In this document: positions 1 to 7,484 of the stretch, piece by piece
Numbering within the stretch: the stretch's first letter is position 1
How the letters are laid out: every line of letters begins with the position of its first letter
From: an uncultured virus (IMG/VR IMGVR_UViG_3300020200_000018)
Lineage: Duplodnaviria; Heunggongvirae; Uroviricota; Caudoviricetes
Direction: 5' to 3' (one strand)
IMG/VR virus record: IMGVR_UViG_3300020200_000018
DNA: 20,000 bases
The notes under the pieces: generated by a model
The model's database searches: none
What the model saw: the letters and a program-made list of their open reading frames with translations, nothing else
What the model was told of the DNA's origin: nothing
Program-made: the position numbers and the translations under genes

Positions 1-501
1 CAAAGATTTTGTTGGAACAATAATTAATGGTCGCTGTCCTTGCTCCAAATACCAAAGGGCAAGCAAATAAGCAATGAGGGATTTCCCACTCGCTGTCGGC
101 GACACCACAATACCCCGGCCCATTTTGACAGCAAATACAAAAGCATCAAGTTGGTGTTGGTGCGGTGCATGGGGAAGGGCTTGGCTCTCCACCCACTTTA
201 TTAATGCCTTAGAATTGGGGGAAATGCGGCGTGACGCTGTTTCATGGTCATGCGTAACAGGAAACCCAAATTGTGCGGCCCATGCTTCTATCCTATGTTG
301 TAATCCGGCATAGACTAACGCGGTGCGTATATTATAAAGGTGGACCTGCCCATCCCAATAGCCACGGCGGGCCGCTGGCATAAATTTGGCACCGGGTACG
401 TCAAATGATAGTTGTTCCCAAAGTTCACGCGTAACCGCTGGTTCATCACACAGGACACGGATATATGTGTGGTTGACGTTTTTAATATTGACTGTCGCCA
501 T
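1..501 (-). CDS. uvsW: UvsW-like SF2 DNA helicase, N-terminal part (runs off the left edge; not in the ORF track)
   Basis: Manual translation from ATG at 501: MATVNIKNVNHTYIRVLCDEPAVTRELWEQLSFDVPGAKFMPAARRGYWDGQVHLYN...HQLDAF...GIVVSPTASGKSLIAYLL...LIIVPTKSL. Contains the UvsW-type FxVPGAKFMP/WDG N-terminus, Walker A SPTASGKS and motif Ia IIVPT; lies directly downstream of uvsY. Confidence 0.95.
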   Translation of the reverse strand, partial: MATVNIKNVNHTYIRVLCDEPAVTRELWEQLSFDVPGAKFMPAARRGYWDGQVHLYNIRTALVYAGLQHRIEAWAAQFGFPVTHDHETASRRISPNSKALIKWVESQALPHAPHQHQLDAFVFAVKMGRGIVVSPTASGKSLIAYLLALWYLEQGQRPLIIVPTKSL

Positions 502-508
502 GTGTGTC

Positions 509-982
509 TTATTGTCCAAATTGTGTTAACTTGCGCCACTCAATAGCGTTCTTAATCTGGTATCCCCGGTTGTTAATCGCCTTAAGGATTTCTTCAGCCA
601 CCGCACAAGACTCTTCCGCAATCGCAATCCGGGCATCTTGCTTAATCAATTCTGTATCAGCTTCAATATGGGTATGGACTTCGTTTTTTAAGTGCCGGAC
701 TAACATGGGAGGCCTGTCCATTGTTTTTAGTTCCTCAGTGCCATTTAAGTTACCGAGGTAATAATCACGCAGCTTCGCAAATAGTTCGCGGCGTTCATAG
801 TGGCAGCGTTTGGCCCAGAGCCGGGCTTGTGACAAAATTTTCAAATACTTGGCATGGAGGATTGGAATTTTAAACGATTCTGTATCTAATTCAGTATCGT
901 CAAATTTTGCATCAGCCTCCCACATTTCAATTAAGGTAGGGGGAGACATTTTGACTTGTTGTTGGCTTGTATTAGCAGACAC
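509..982 (-). CDS. uvsY: UvsY recombination mediator (start may be ATG at 949)
   Basis: Motifs WEADAKFDDTELDTES, IPILHAKYL, DYYLG and INNRGYQIKNAIEWRKL are typical of UvsY; the uvsY-uvsW order fits. Confidence 0.93.
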   Translation of the reverse strand: MSANTSQQQVKMSPPTLIEMWEADAKFDDTELDTESFKIPILHAKYLKILSQARLWAKRCHYERRELFAKLRDYYLGNLNGTEELKTMDRPPMLVRHLKNEVHTHIEADTELIKQDARIAIAEESCAVAEEILKAINNRGYQIKNAIEWRKLTQFGQ

Positions 983-1183
983 AGTTAGATTCCCATAATT
1001 GGAAGATAGTTATGGCTTTTATAGGGTCCGGGCAACGTAGCTGGCCTATTTTTGCCATCCCCTGGAATAAGGGCGCCAGCTGGGCAGTATAAACGACCCA
1101 TTTAATCGCTCTACGGACCGCCAGAATGGGCCCAAGTTCAGCACCGACAGCAGCACCCACATATTCCATATTCTGTGGACTAA

Positions 1184-1207
1184 CTAGACTCATTTATTTA
1201 CTAATAC
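1184..1207. repeat. 24-bp dispersed exact repeat, copy 1 (CTAGACTCATTTATTTACTAATAC), followed by a 12-bp partial tandem copy at 1207-1218
   Basis: Identical to 6599-6622 by direct comparison; CTAGACTCATTT recurs at 1207-1218. Confidence 0.9.
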
Positions 1208-1275
1208 TAGACTCATTTTGCCATAGCGTTTTTTGGCTTATTACATAGTACGCACAAACGCTCATCATACGATGA

Positions 1276-1305
1276 AGTTTACCATATTATAGTATGGATT
1301 GTCAA
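1276..1305 (-). promoter_or_regulatory. sigma70-type promoter upstream of uvsY-uvsW
   Basis: Minus strand reads TTGACA-18 nt-TAAACT with an extended -10 TG (TGgTAAACT), in an intergenic position at the switch from structural to recombination genes. Confidence 0.65.
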
Positions 1306-1342
1306 GGGTCGTGGTAAAGAGTAGAAATTTTTGGGAGGAAAG

Positions 1343-1897
1343 TTAGCGGGAGGTACCTGGTTTCAATTCGTACATACGGTACGCAAACGTAACGGTGGCT
1401 TCTGCGTAATTTACGGTTTCTGCGGTGAGTTCAAAATTTAGGCCACTCAGGGCGGTGGGAAACATATCTTTAAATATGACTGACGCAATCGGATTTTTTG
1501 AGCTTGATAAAATTGTAAGGGTACCATCTGTCATAAAAGCTGCCGCACGGGCAGCTCCTTTTGCTTCGAGGTGCCAGGGTGCAGTAACAGCCGTGGACGT
1601 TTCAGTTAAACTAACCGGATGGCCTATCTCCCGTATCCAATGGTAAATCTCATAATAATTTTTTAGGTTCTCATCAATTTTGAACGTGAGTGTCCAGGGC
1701 GCCCAAGAAATCCTGTCACCTGGCTTTGGCAAATGGCTGAATGGTGATGATGTTATTGCCGCGGGAATGTCAAGGGATGGTAATTCAGTCCGTTGGGTAA
1801 AATATACAACATGAGGCAAACGTAGGAGGGTGAGTTGGAATCCATTTTGCCCGAGGAAGTTGACATTATCCGGTGTGCCTTGCACAATGGATGGCAT
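1343..1897 (-). CDS. gp3: T4 gp3-like tail completion / tail tube terminator protein
   Basis: NFLGQNGFQLTLLRLPHVVYF, PGDRISW, IDENLKNYYEIYHWI, DGTLTILSS, FKDMFPTALSGLNF; position between gp23 and uvsY. Confidence 0.85.
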   Translation of the reverse strand: MPSIVQGTPDNVNFLGQNGFQLTLLRLPHVVYFTQRTELPSLDIPAAITSSPFSHLPKPGDRISWAPWTLTFKIDENLKNYYEIYHWIREIGHPVSLTETSTAVTAPWHLEAKGAARAAAFMTDGTLTILSSSKNPIASVIFKDMFPTALSGLNFELTAETVNYAEATVTFAYRMYELKPGTSR

Positions 1898-1917
1898 ATC
1901 TTTTGTTTAAGCCTTTT

Positions 1918-2433
1918 CTATTTCTTCTTGTAAATGAAAAATGGAGACTCCATTTCGACCCCATCCTTCAAGCCTTTACCTTTATTGGCTAACCAATCCG
2001 CGAGCGCATAAAGTTCTTTATCAATAGGAATAAGCAGGGAGCCGGGATGGCCACCGTGTTGAGCGATCAAGTCTTTCCGCTGTTTCATCAGTTTCTCAAG
2101 GTGGGCCGCGCGGCCGCTAACACCCATACGTTCAAACTTATCAGCATATTCGCTCTTGATTGATGCTTCTGTTACCGGAGCACCAGGGCGCCATGACCAG
2201 CCATGCACCGATGGGTCAGGGGATTGCCCTTTCTTACGCAACCATGACATAAGTGCATAAATTTCTTTATCAATAAACATGGTCTGGCTTACTCCACCAT
2301 AAGGATTATTCCTGATCTTGTCTTTCCGTTGTTTTTGTAGCTTGTCAAAGTGTGTTATCGCATCCTTAACACCCATACGTTCAAACTTATCAGCATACGT
2401 TTCTTCGCTCAAGTGTTCTAAGAATGTTTGCAT
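1918..2433 (-). CDS. Hypothetical protein with two ~57-aa repeated domains and a capsid-targeting-like leader; candidate internal head protein
   Basis: RBS AGGAGG upstream; N-terminus MQTFLEHLSE; repeat YADKFERMGV...KQRKD...IDKE(I/L)YAL..WL..KG occurs twice. Confidence 0.8.
   Translation of the reverse strand: MQTFLEHLSEETYADKFERMGVKDAITHFDKLQKQRKDKIRNNPYGGVSQTMFIDKEIYALMSWLRKKGQSPDPSVHGWSWRPGAPVTEASIKSEYADKFERMGVSGRAAHLEKLMKQRKDLIAQHGGHPGSLLIPIDKELYALADWLANKGKGLKDGVEMESPFFIYKKK
2118..2397. repeat. 31-bp exact direct repeat (2118-2148 and 2367-2397) within an intragenic domain duplication
   Basis: TAACACCCATACGTTCAAACTTATCAGCATA at both positions, encoding YADKFERMGV. Confidence 0.92.
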
Positions 2434-2479
2434 TTAATCCTCCTAAGATAATACCTGCTGCGTCCATCCCGGCCCGCCG

Positions 2480-2656
2480 CTATAACCTAATCCTCCTATT
2501 GCCTTCACCCTTAGCAATGAGTACACCGAAACGGGTACCAACTAAGTGCGCGCCGTACTGTTTAAGGACCTTTTTAAGGTCATCCTTGCAAGCTTTTAAT
2601 GCCTCCAAGTGGGCCTCTTCATCTTTCGCTTCACGGATAAATTGCCTAAATCGCAT
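2480..2656 (-). CDS. 58-aa hypothetical protein with a capsid-targeting-like leader (below the ORF-track cutoff)
   Basis: Manual translation: MRFRQFIREAKDEEAHLEALKACKDDLKKVLKQYGAHLVGTRFGVLIAKGEGNRRIRL*. Co-oriented with neighbours, fills the gap and follows a CTAAATA box. Confidence 0.75.
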   Translation of the reverse strand: MRFRQFIREAKDEEAHLEALKACKDDLKKVLKQYGAHLVGTRFGVLIAKGEGNRRIRL

Positions 2657-2703
2657 TAAATGCCAGCATTCTTGAGTTTTGGTCGGTATTAAGAGATTAA
2701 GAC

Positions 2704-2710
2704 TATTTAG
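2704..2710 (-). promoter_or_regulatory. T4-like late promoter variant (CTAAATA) downstream of the gp23 terminator
   Basis: Plus strand TATTTAG; intergenic, placed to restart transcription after the terminator. Confidence 0.55.
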
Positions 2711-2740
2711 TTTATGATGTGGGGTTGGAATGTAATAGGC

Positions 2741-2768
2741 AAAAAAAAGGGCTCCGAAGAGCCCTTTT
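2741..2768 (-). terminator. Rho-independent terminator after gp23
   Basis: Minus strand AAAAGGGCTC-TTCG-GAGCCC-TTTTTTTT: GC stem, C(UUCG)G tetraloop characteristic of T4-like phages, and U8 tail. Confidence 0.93.
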
Positions 2769-2792
2769 CATTACTCTATTGTAGAATGTTGA

Positions 2793-4163
2793 TTAGAGTA
2801 TGTTGGTGACTGCCACACGCCGGTAATAGATGTTCTTGTTGGCGAACAGGATCTGCCCGTCACCAGCAGAGGTAGCAAAGGGATTAGCCACCATACCGTA
2901 CCGTGTTTTGAATCCGATCTTTGGCTGGAATGTATCTTGTCCTACTGCACGGACCATCTGGAGTGGCACGTACGGGCAATAGAATAAACCAGCATCAAAC
3001 GCCGACGCGCCTTTATAGCCGACAGTGAAATACTGCTTACCTGCGCTGGACGAGAAGTACGGATCAATATACACCTTGATCCGGCCAGCCAACGTACCTG
3101 CAAAGGTATTGCCTGTATCATCGACCTGCAAGTCATTTGACATCGCAGGCGCATAATCTAAGACACCAGCCATCGCAAGGGCCGAGGCTACGTCACTTCC
3201 ACAGACCATCAAGTTGCCCTTCCCACGCCGGGTTGACTTGGCAATTTGATTCGCCTCACGTTCAACCTGGAACAAGAGGCCTTTAAACTTTTCTACCATC
3301 CACCGTCCGTTAGAATCAACGTCAAGGTCGAAGGTGCCGGCAGTCGTGACGTTTTCTTGCGCTCCAATCGTCGCGGTATAGTTGATGGTCCGGACGACTT
3401 CACGGTTGATTTCTGCGAGGATTTCAGCGGCGAGGATATTGCTGAGTTCCGTCTCCGCATCCAATCCATGGATTGCTTTTAAGTCCTGCGCCAATTCCAT
3501 TGTGTATTCAGCCTTCAGGGCCCTTGACACAGCGGTGACAGCGACCTTCTCAATGCTGAATGCCATTTCCCGGAATGCGTTGGTAGATGCATCCCCGAGG
3601 GCTTCTGCCTTGGCAGTGGACATACCGGTTGACACGGTGTATCCTGAAGCACTGGCAGCGGTAGTTGGATCACTGCCAACCTGGCCAGTACCAGCTGAGC
3701 CGTCTTTGACGAAGATTGACGCGGTGTTCCCACCCGCCGATGAGGAGAACGAGGTATTCGCTTCGTTGAACAAACCTTCTGCACCGGTTTGCGAGGTATA
3801 GCGGGAGCGCATTGCAAACACCAGTCCTGTTGGACCAGTCATTGGCTGCACACCGCAAATATCATACGCAATCAGGTTTGGCATAGACCGACGGACGAGA
3901 GAAATGAGGACAGGATCGAAAATGTCCACATTGCCTGCCGCGGCAGTCGATGAAGAGGCGCCCATCGCATTGGTTGGTGATGCTTCACCTAAGAGCGACA
4001 TGGACCCCCGACGTTCATTGCCTTGTGCTTCCCTGGCGCTGAATTCCTGGTTTTCCAAAAGGACCGCCAACACAGAGCGACGGTGAATATCGTTAATGGC
4101 TGGCAAGTCAGGATGCTCGATAACCGCCTTCCACTTCTCTTGCAACTGTTCATTCAGGTACAT
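2793..4163 (-). CDS. gp23: Major capsid protein
   Basis: LLENQE, FDPVLISLVRRSMPNLIAYDICGVQPMTGPTGL, RALKAEYTMELAQDLKAIHGLDAETEL, DAGLFYCPYVPLQM, FQPKIGFKTRYG; probable maturation site LGE/A near residue 60. Confidence 0.99.
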   Translation of the reverse strand: MYLNEQLQEKWKAVIEHPDLPAINDIHRRSVLAVLLENQEFSAREAQGNERRGSMSLLGEASPTNAMGASSSTAAAGNVDIFDPVLISLVRRSMPNLIAYDICGVQPMTGPTGLVFAMRSRYTSQTGAEGLFNEANTSFSSSAGGNTASIFVKDGSAGTGQVGSDPTTAASASGYTVSTGMSTAKAEALGDASTNAFREMAFSIEKVAVTAVSRALKAEYTMELAQDLKAIHGLDAETELSNILAAEILAEINREVVRTINYTATIGAQENVTTAGTFDLDVDSNGRWMVEKFKGLLFQVEREANQIAKSTRRGKGNLMVCGSDVASALAMAGVLDYAPAMSNDLQVDDTGNTFAGTLAGRIKVYIDPYFSSSAGKQYFTVGYKGASAFDAGLFYCPYVPLQMVRAVGQDTFQPKIGFKTRYGMVANPFATSAGDGQILFANKNIYYRRVAVTNIL

Positions 4164-4218
4164 ACACCGGTCTCCTTTGCGTTACGTTTGGCAACCTTAA
4201 TTTGGCGCCCGTTATGGT

Positions 4219-4226
4219 TATTTATA
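4219..4226 (-). promoter_or_regulatory. T4 late promoter TATAAATA upstream of gp23
   Basis: Exact gp55-dependent consensus in the gp22-gp23 gap. Confidence 0.85.
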
Positions 4227-4236
4227 CAAACCCGGT

Positions 4237-5853
4237 TTATTTCACTGGATCAATACGGCCCGCACGGTTCACTTGTTTTGAGATGGCTTTGACATAAGCA
4301 TCCATGCCTGGAGTGGCTTTTTCTTTGTCACTATCAATTAACCGTTGGTTTTCGTCTAATGACACAGACCGCTTGGCACCACCCTTTTTCGGGAAATAGG
4401 ATTCACAGAGGTTTTGAACCTTTTCCCTGAATGCTTTTGCATTATTAAATTGCATCGCCTCAGCCAACGCCGTAATCTTTTCACGTTGGGCATCACTCAT
4501 ATCCTTAGTAACTTCGGCGAGGATGTCCTTACGGGCGTATTGTTCAATTTGTTTAGTAAGGGTCAGGTTGCGGTTGATTTCTTCGTTCAAGTCCTTATCC
4601 ATTTTCTCTATTTTTGTGGCCAATTGTTCAACCACCTTGACTTTGTTGGCTGGGACTTGGATATAGTGTTCGGTAAATAGATGTTTCATACCGTCCATGA
4701 ACGATTCAACCAGTTCAGTTTGCAGGCCGTGTTCAACCGCTAACTTGTTCTCTGCCATCCATTGCTCAACCACGTAATTGAGGTAGTTATCAAGGCGGCG
4801 GGTTAGTTTCGATATCCGGCGGTTAACAGCTTTTGCCATATCAGCTTCGGCCAATTTCCGGAGGCCCCTAAGCTTCCGGTTCACTTTTGTAATGACCGCT
4901 GCTTCCATAAGTTCCGTTGCTTTCTTCTTGAATTCTTTTGTAAGGTCAGCACCACGGAATGCTGCGGCTATGTCTTCGGTGAGGCTCAAATCTTTGCGCC
5001 TAAATTTTGTGCGCTTTGCAATGGCTTCGGAAACTGTAATTTTCTTATCCTCATCGTCCTTTTCGGCAATGGTCTTATCCTCATCGTCTTTTTCGGCTAA
5101 GCCATTGTTGCCGTTCTTCTTACCATTCTTTTCGGCAAGGCCATTGTTGCCGTTTTTCTTACCATTCTTTTCGTTCTCGTCATCACCATTTTCTTCGTCT
5201 ACCGGTTCTTTCTCGTCATCATCTTCATCAATCTTTTCATCATCACCGTTTTCTTCGTCCACCTTTTTCTCGTCCTCGCCATTTTCTTCATCCATTTTAT
5301 CATCATCATCTTCATCAACATATCCCTGCTCAACCACCGGTTCTTCCTCGTCATCATCTTCGTATGCTGCCAAACGTCCATCTTCTTCCACGTCATCCCC
5401 ATTTTCTTCTTCCATATCATCCCCATTTTCTTCTTCCATATCATCCCCATTTTCTTCTTCCATATCATCCCCATTTTCTTCTTCCATATCATCCCCATTT
5501 TCTTCTTCCACGTCATCCTCATGTTCTTCGCCCACTTTCGTTTTCTTCTGCATGCCTGGTTGCTCTTCATAATCCTCAGGATCGTCCATTTCTGTCTCAA
5601 AGTCCTTAAGGTCTTTATCAGACATTTCCGCCAAACGGTCCACAATGCCAGCGATTATAACTGCCCTGTCCCCTGGCTTAATGCCAGAACCCTGGGCATG
5701 TGGTTCTTTTTCAGCATTGCGCTGGTCTCCGCGGTTTGGTGCGACCTGTTTCACACCGTCGCCACTTTGGGTGCTTGCATCTGCGCCATAGGACGCGCTG
5801 AACGCTTCCTTTAACGCTTTCTTGCTTTTCTTGACGGCTGCCTTCTTTTTCAT
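4237..5853 (-). CDS. gp22: Prohead core scaffold protein with a long acidic, repeat-expanded N-terminal half
   Basis: C-terminal half is gp22-like (LTKEFKKKATELMEAAV, LDNYLNYVVEQWMAENKLAVEHGL, ESFMDGMKHLFTEHYI, ESYF, MDAYVKAIS); lies between gp21 and gp23. Confidence 0.95.
   Translation of the reverse strand: MKKKAAVKKSKKALKEAFSASYGADASTQSGDGVKQVAPNRGDQRNAEKEPHAQGSGIKPGDRAVIIAGIVDRLAEMSDKDLKDFETEMDDPEDYEEQPGMQKKTKVGEEHEDDVEEENGDDMEEENGDDMEEENGDDMEEENGDDMEEENGDDVEEDGRLAAYEDDDEEEPVVEQGYVDEDDDDKMDEENGEDEKKVDEENGDDEKIDEDDDEKEPVDEENGDDENEKNGKKNGNNGLAEKNGKKNGNNGLAEKDDEDKTIAEKDDEDKKITVSEAIAKRTKFRRKDLSLTEDIAAAFRGADLTKEFKKKATELMEAAVITKVNRKLRGLRKLAEADMAKAVNRRISKLTRRLDNYLNYVVEQWMAENKLAVEHGLQTELVESFMDGMKHLFTEHYIQVPANKVKVVEQLATKIEKMDKDLNEEINRNLTLTKQIEQYARKDILAEVTKDMSDAQREKITALAEAMQFNNAKAFREKVQNLCESYFPKKGGAKRSVSLDENQRLIDSDKEKATPGMDAYVKAISKQVNRAGRIDPVK
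5040..5170. repeat. Short in-frame tandem duplications in gp22: (KNGKKNGNNGLAE)x2 and (AEKDDEDK.I)x2
   Basis: Visible in protein and DNA as ~39-bp and ~30-bp units with a few substitutions. Confidence 0.85.
5381..5518. repeat. 24-bp tandem repeat, ~5.5 copies, encoding EEENGDD(M/V) in gp22
   Basis: Unit TCATCCCCATTTTCTTCTTCCATA repeated near-perfectly. Confidence 0.95.
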
Positions 5854-5896
5854 CGGTCGCTCCTGTTCAAAGTAATAGTAGAACCAATCTCCCGGC

Positions 5897-5904
5897 TATT
5901 TATA
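5897..5904 (-). promoter_or_regulatory. T4 late promoter TATAAATA upstream of gp22
   Basis: Exact consensus in the gp21-gp22 gap. Confidence 0.85.
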
Positions 5905-5916
5905 CAGAAGAGGTTT

Positions 5917-6576
5917 TTACCGTTGGCTAGCTAAAAAACTTTCAAAGATATCTAGTTGTACTGCTGTTGAAAGCCCTTGAACAGTACCACTGGCTTTTTC
6001 GACCCTACGTTTGGCTTTTTCCAATTTTGCTTCTTTGAAAATTCCATTATTCCAAATCCATTCCCTGCTTTCCATGATACCATTGACAAATGCTGAAGGA
6101 GCTGATGGATCAGCCACAATATCAGCCGGTGTAGATAAGAAGTAATCTTCCATAACTTCTTGGTAGCCTCCGCGTTCACGGAGGTTACCCATACCACGGC
6201 TGCTCACAGCTATTTTGGCGCCTTCATCTAAAAAGTTCTTAACAATCTGGCCCATTGGGGTATCCATAATCTTTGCACGGCCAATAAAATTGTTGCCATC
6301 TTGGGTAAGGGATTTAATCATGTGGCTAACACGTTCCATATTAATTGTCGGACCATCCGGATGGCCTAATTCACCATACGCGCGGTTTTCATTAATGTAA
6401 TCACGGAGGTACCGCTTTGTTTCCCGTGCGAGGATTGCAGTTGGATACGTCCGGCCGTTTTTATTTTTCACGTCGCCTTGCATAAAGATACCTTCGATGA
6501 AATACTGCTTGACGCCACCGGCGCCGGCTTCGACAATCAACTTTGGCTGTTCTGCGTATTCGCAAATAAGTTTCAC
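5917..6576 (-). CDS. gp21: Prohead maturation protease
   Basis: MKLICE, FIEGIFMQGDVKNKNGRTYP, GELGHPDGPTINMERVSH, VSSRGMG, DIVADPSAPSAFVNGIME; GTG start with GAGGAG RBS. Confidence 0.98.
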   Translation of the reverse strand: MKLICEYAEQPKLIVEAGAGGVKQYFIEGIFMQGDVKNKNGRTYPTAILARETKRYLRDYINENRAYGELGHPDGPTINMERVSHMIKSLTQDGNNFIGRAKIMDTPMGQIVKNFLDEGAKIAVSSRGMGNLRERGGYQEVMEDYFLSTPADIVADPSAPSAFVNGIMESREWIWNNGIFKEAKLEKAKRRVEKASGTVQGLSTAVQLDIFESFLASQR

Positions 6577-6598
6577 AGGATCCTAACTCCTCTTACTT

Positions 6599-6622
6599 CT
6601 AGACTCATTTATTTACTAATAC
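6599..6622. repeat. 24-bp dispersed exact repeat, copy 2, spanning the last codons and stop of ORF 6605-7066
   Basis: Identical to 1184-1207. Confidence 0.9.
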
Positions 6623-7066
6623 CCAGTTGTTTAATTTTTTAATTGCTTCTTCGACTGTTTTGACTGCTGTTTTTCTCAATTTCATTTTGGCATGCCCGCT
6701 AAACATTTCTAGTCCACCAGTAGAATCTAAACTAAATCGGCCATATGTAGAATTTTCTAATATTCCGTTTGGCCAATCATTTTTGGGTTGTAACGAAATT
6801 GTAATTAATATAGCAGCCCGTTTAAACACTGGGCCCGCACCTCCACCTAAGGTGCTAATTTGTGTAGATACATACGGAGCAGTAATAGAATCTTTTATAA
6901 GTTTAGCTGCTTCATCTAACCATTTCTGGTCTACTTCACCACGAGCTAAAGCGGATATCCTCAACATTGCTCCGGATGGCCAGGACGGTTGTTCTGTCGT
7001 AAGACGCTTCTGCCCAGGGCTCCGCCCATACACTAAGTGGCCCATAATGACTTTATGGGTTCGCAT
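6605..7066 (-). CDS. Hypothetical head-region protein, 153 aa
   Basis: Co-oriented, with TAATG stop/start overlap with the upstream ORF; no family recognised. Confidence 0.75.
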   Translation of the reverse strand: MRTHKVIMGHLVYGRSPGQKRLTTEQPSWPSGAMLRISALARGEVDQKWLDEAAKLIKDSITAPYVSTQISTLGGGAGPVFKRAAILITISLQPKNDWPNGILENSTYGRFSLDSTGGLEMFSGHAKMKLRKTAVKTVEEAIKKLNNWVLVNK

Positions 7067-7452
7067 TAATACGAGGCGCCTCCTGTGACAGCGGAACGTT
7101 TATGTAATTTCAAAAGAAGAACAGAATGTCCTGCGCCAACCTTGGTGACAGTGACATTTGCTTGTGGTTCGCCACCAAGCGTATCAGGCAAAATACCTTC
7201 TTGGAAATTGGCACTATCTGCGCCAGATAACTGGAGGACAGTATTACCCCCACGCTTGACTGTCCAAACCACATTGTTCCCGCACGAATAGAATATCCCC
7301 ACAATATTCATGGATTGGACAACTTCACCAACTGCATTAGCACCCGAAAAGGAAGAGTTCGCATTGAGCCGCAATCCACCTGACGATACAAACCGGAGGA
7401 CTACATAACCGCTACTACCTTTAACACTTTTTGTAAGGATTCCGTTGGCCAT
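7066..7452 (-). CDS. Hypothetical beta-rich, Gly/Ser/Val-rich protein, probably a virion component
   Basis: 128 aa in the gp20-gp21 interval; purine-rich RBS; composition is structural-protein-like. Confidence 0.75.
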   Translation of the reverse strand: MANGILTKSVKGSSGYVVLRFVSSGGLRLNANSSFSGANAVGEVVQSMNIVGIFYSCGNNVVWTVKRGGNTVLQLSGADSANFQEGILPDTLGGEPQANVTVTKVGAGHSVLLLKLHKRSAVTGGASY

Positions 7453-7484
7453 TGCGTAAGCCTTTCCTTTTAATTATCCAACAC

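Noticed and set aside
972..1193. 73-aa minus-strand ORF upstream of uvsY
   Set aside because: No RBS, the ATG lies inside the repeat element and no motif is recognised. It is not called as a gene, though it cannot be excluded.
1343..4163. Absence of gp24/hoc/soc after gp23 and the order gp23-gp3-uvsY-uvsW
   Set aside because: This order is usual in non-enteric T4-like phages, so it is not novel.
5381..5518. 24-bp tandem array as a CRISPR array
   Set aside because: Head-to-tail units without unique spacers, in frame within gp22, and no cas genes in the window.
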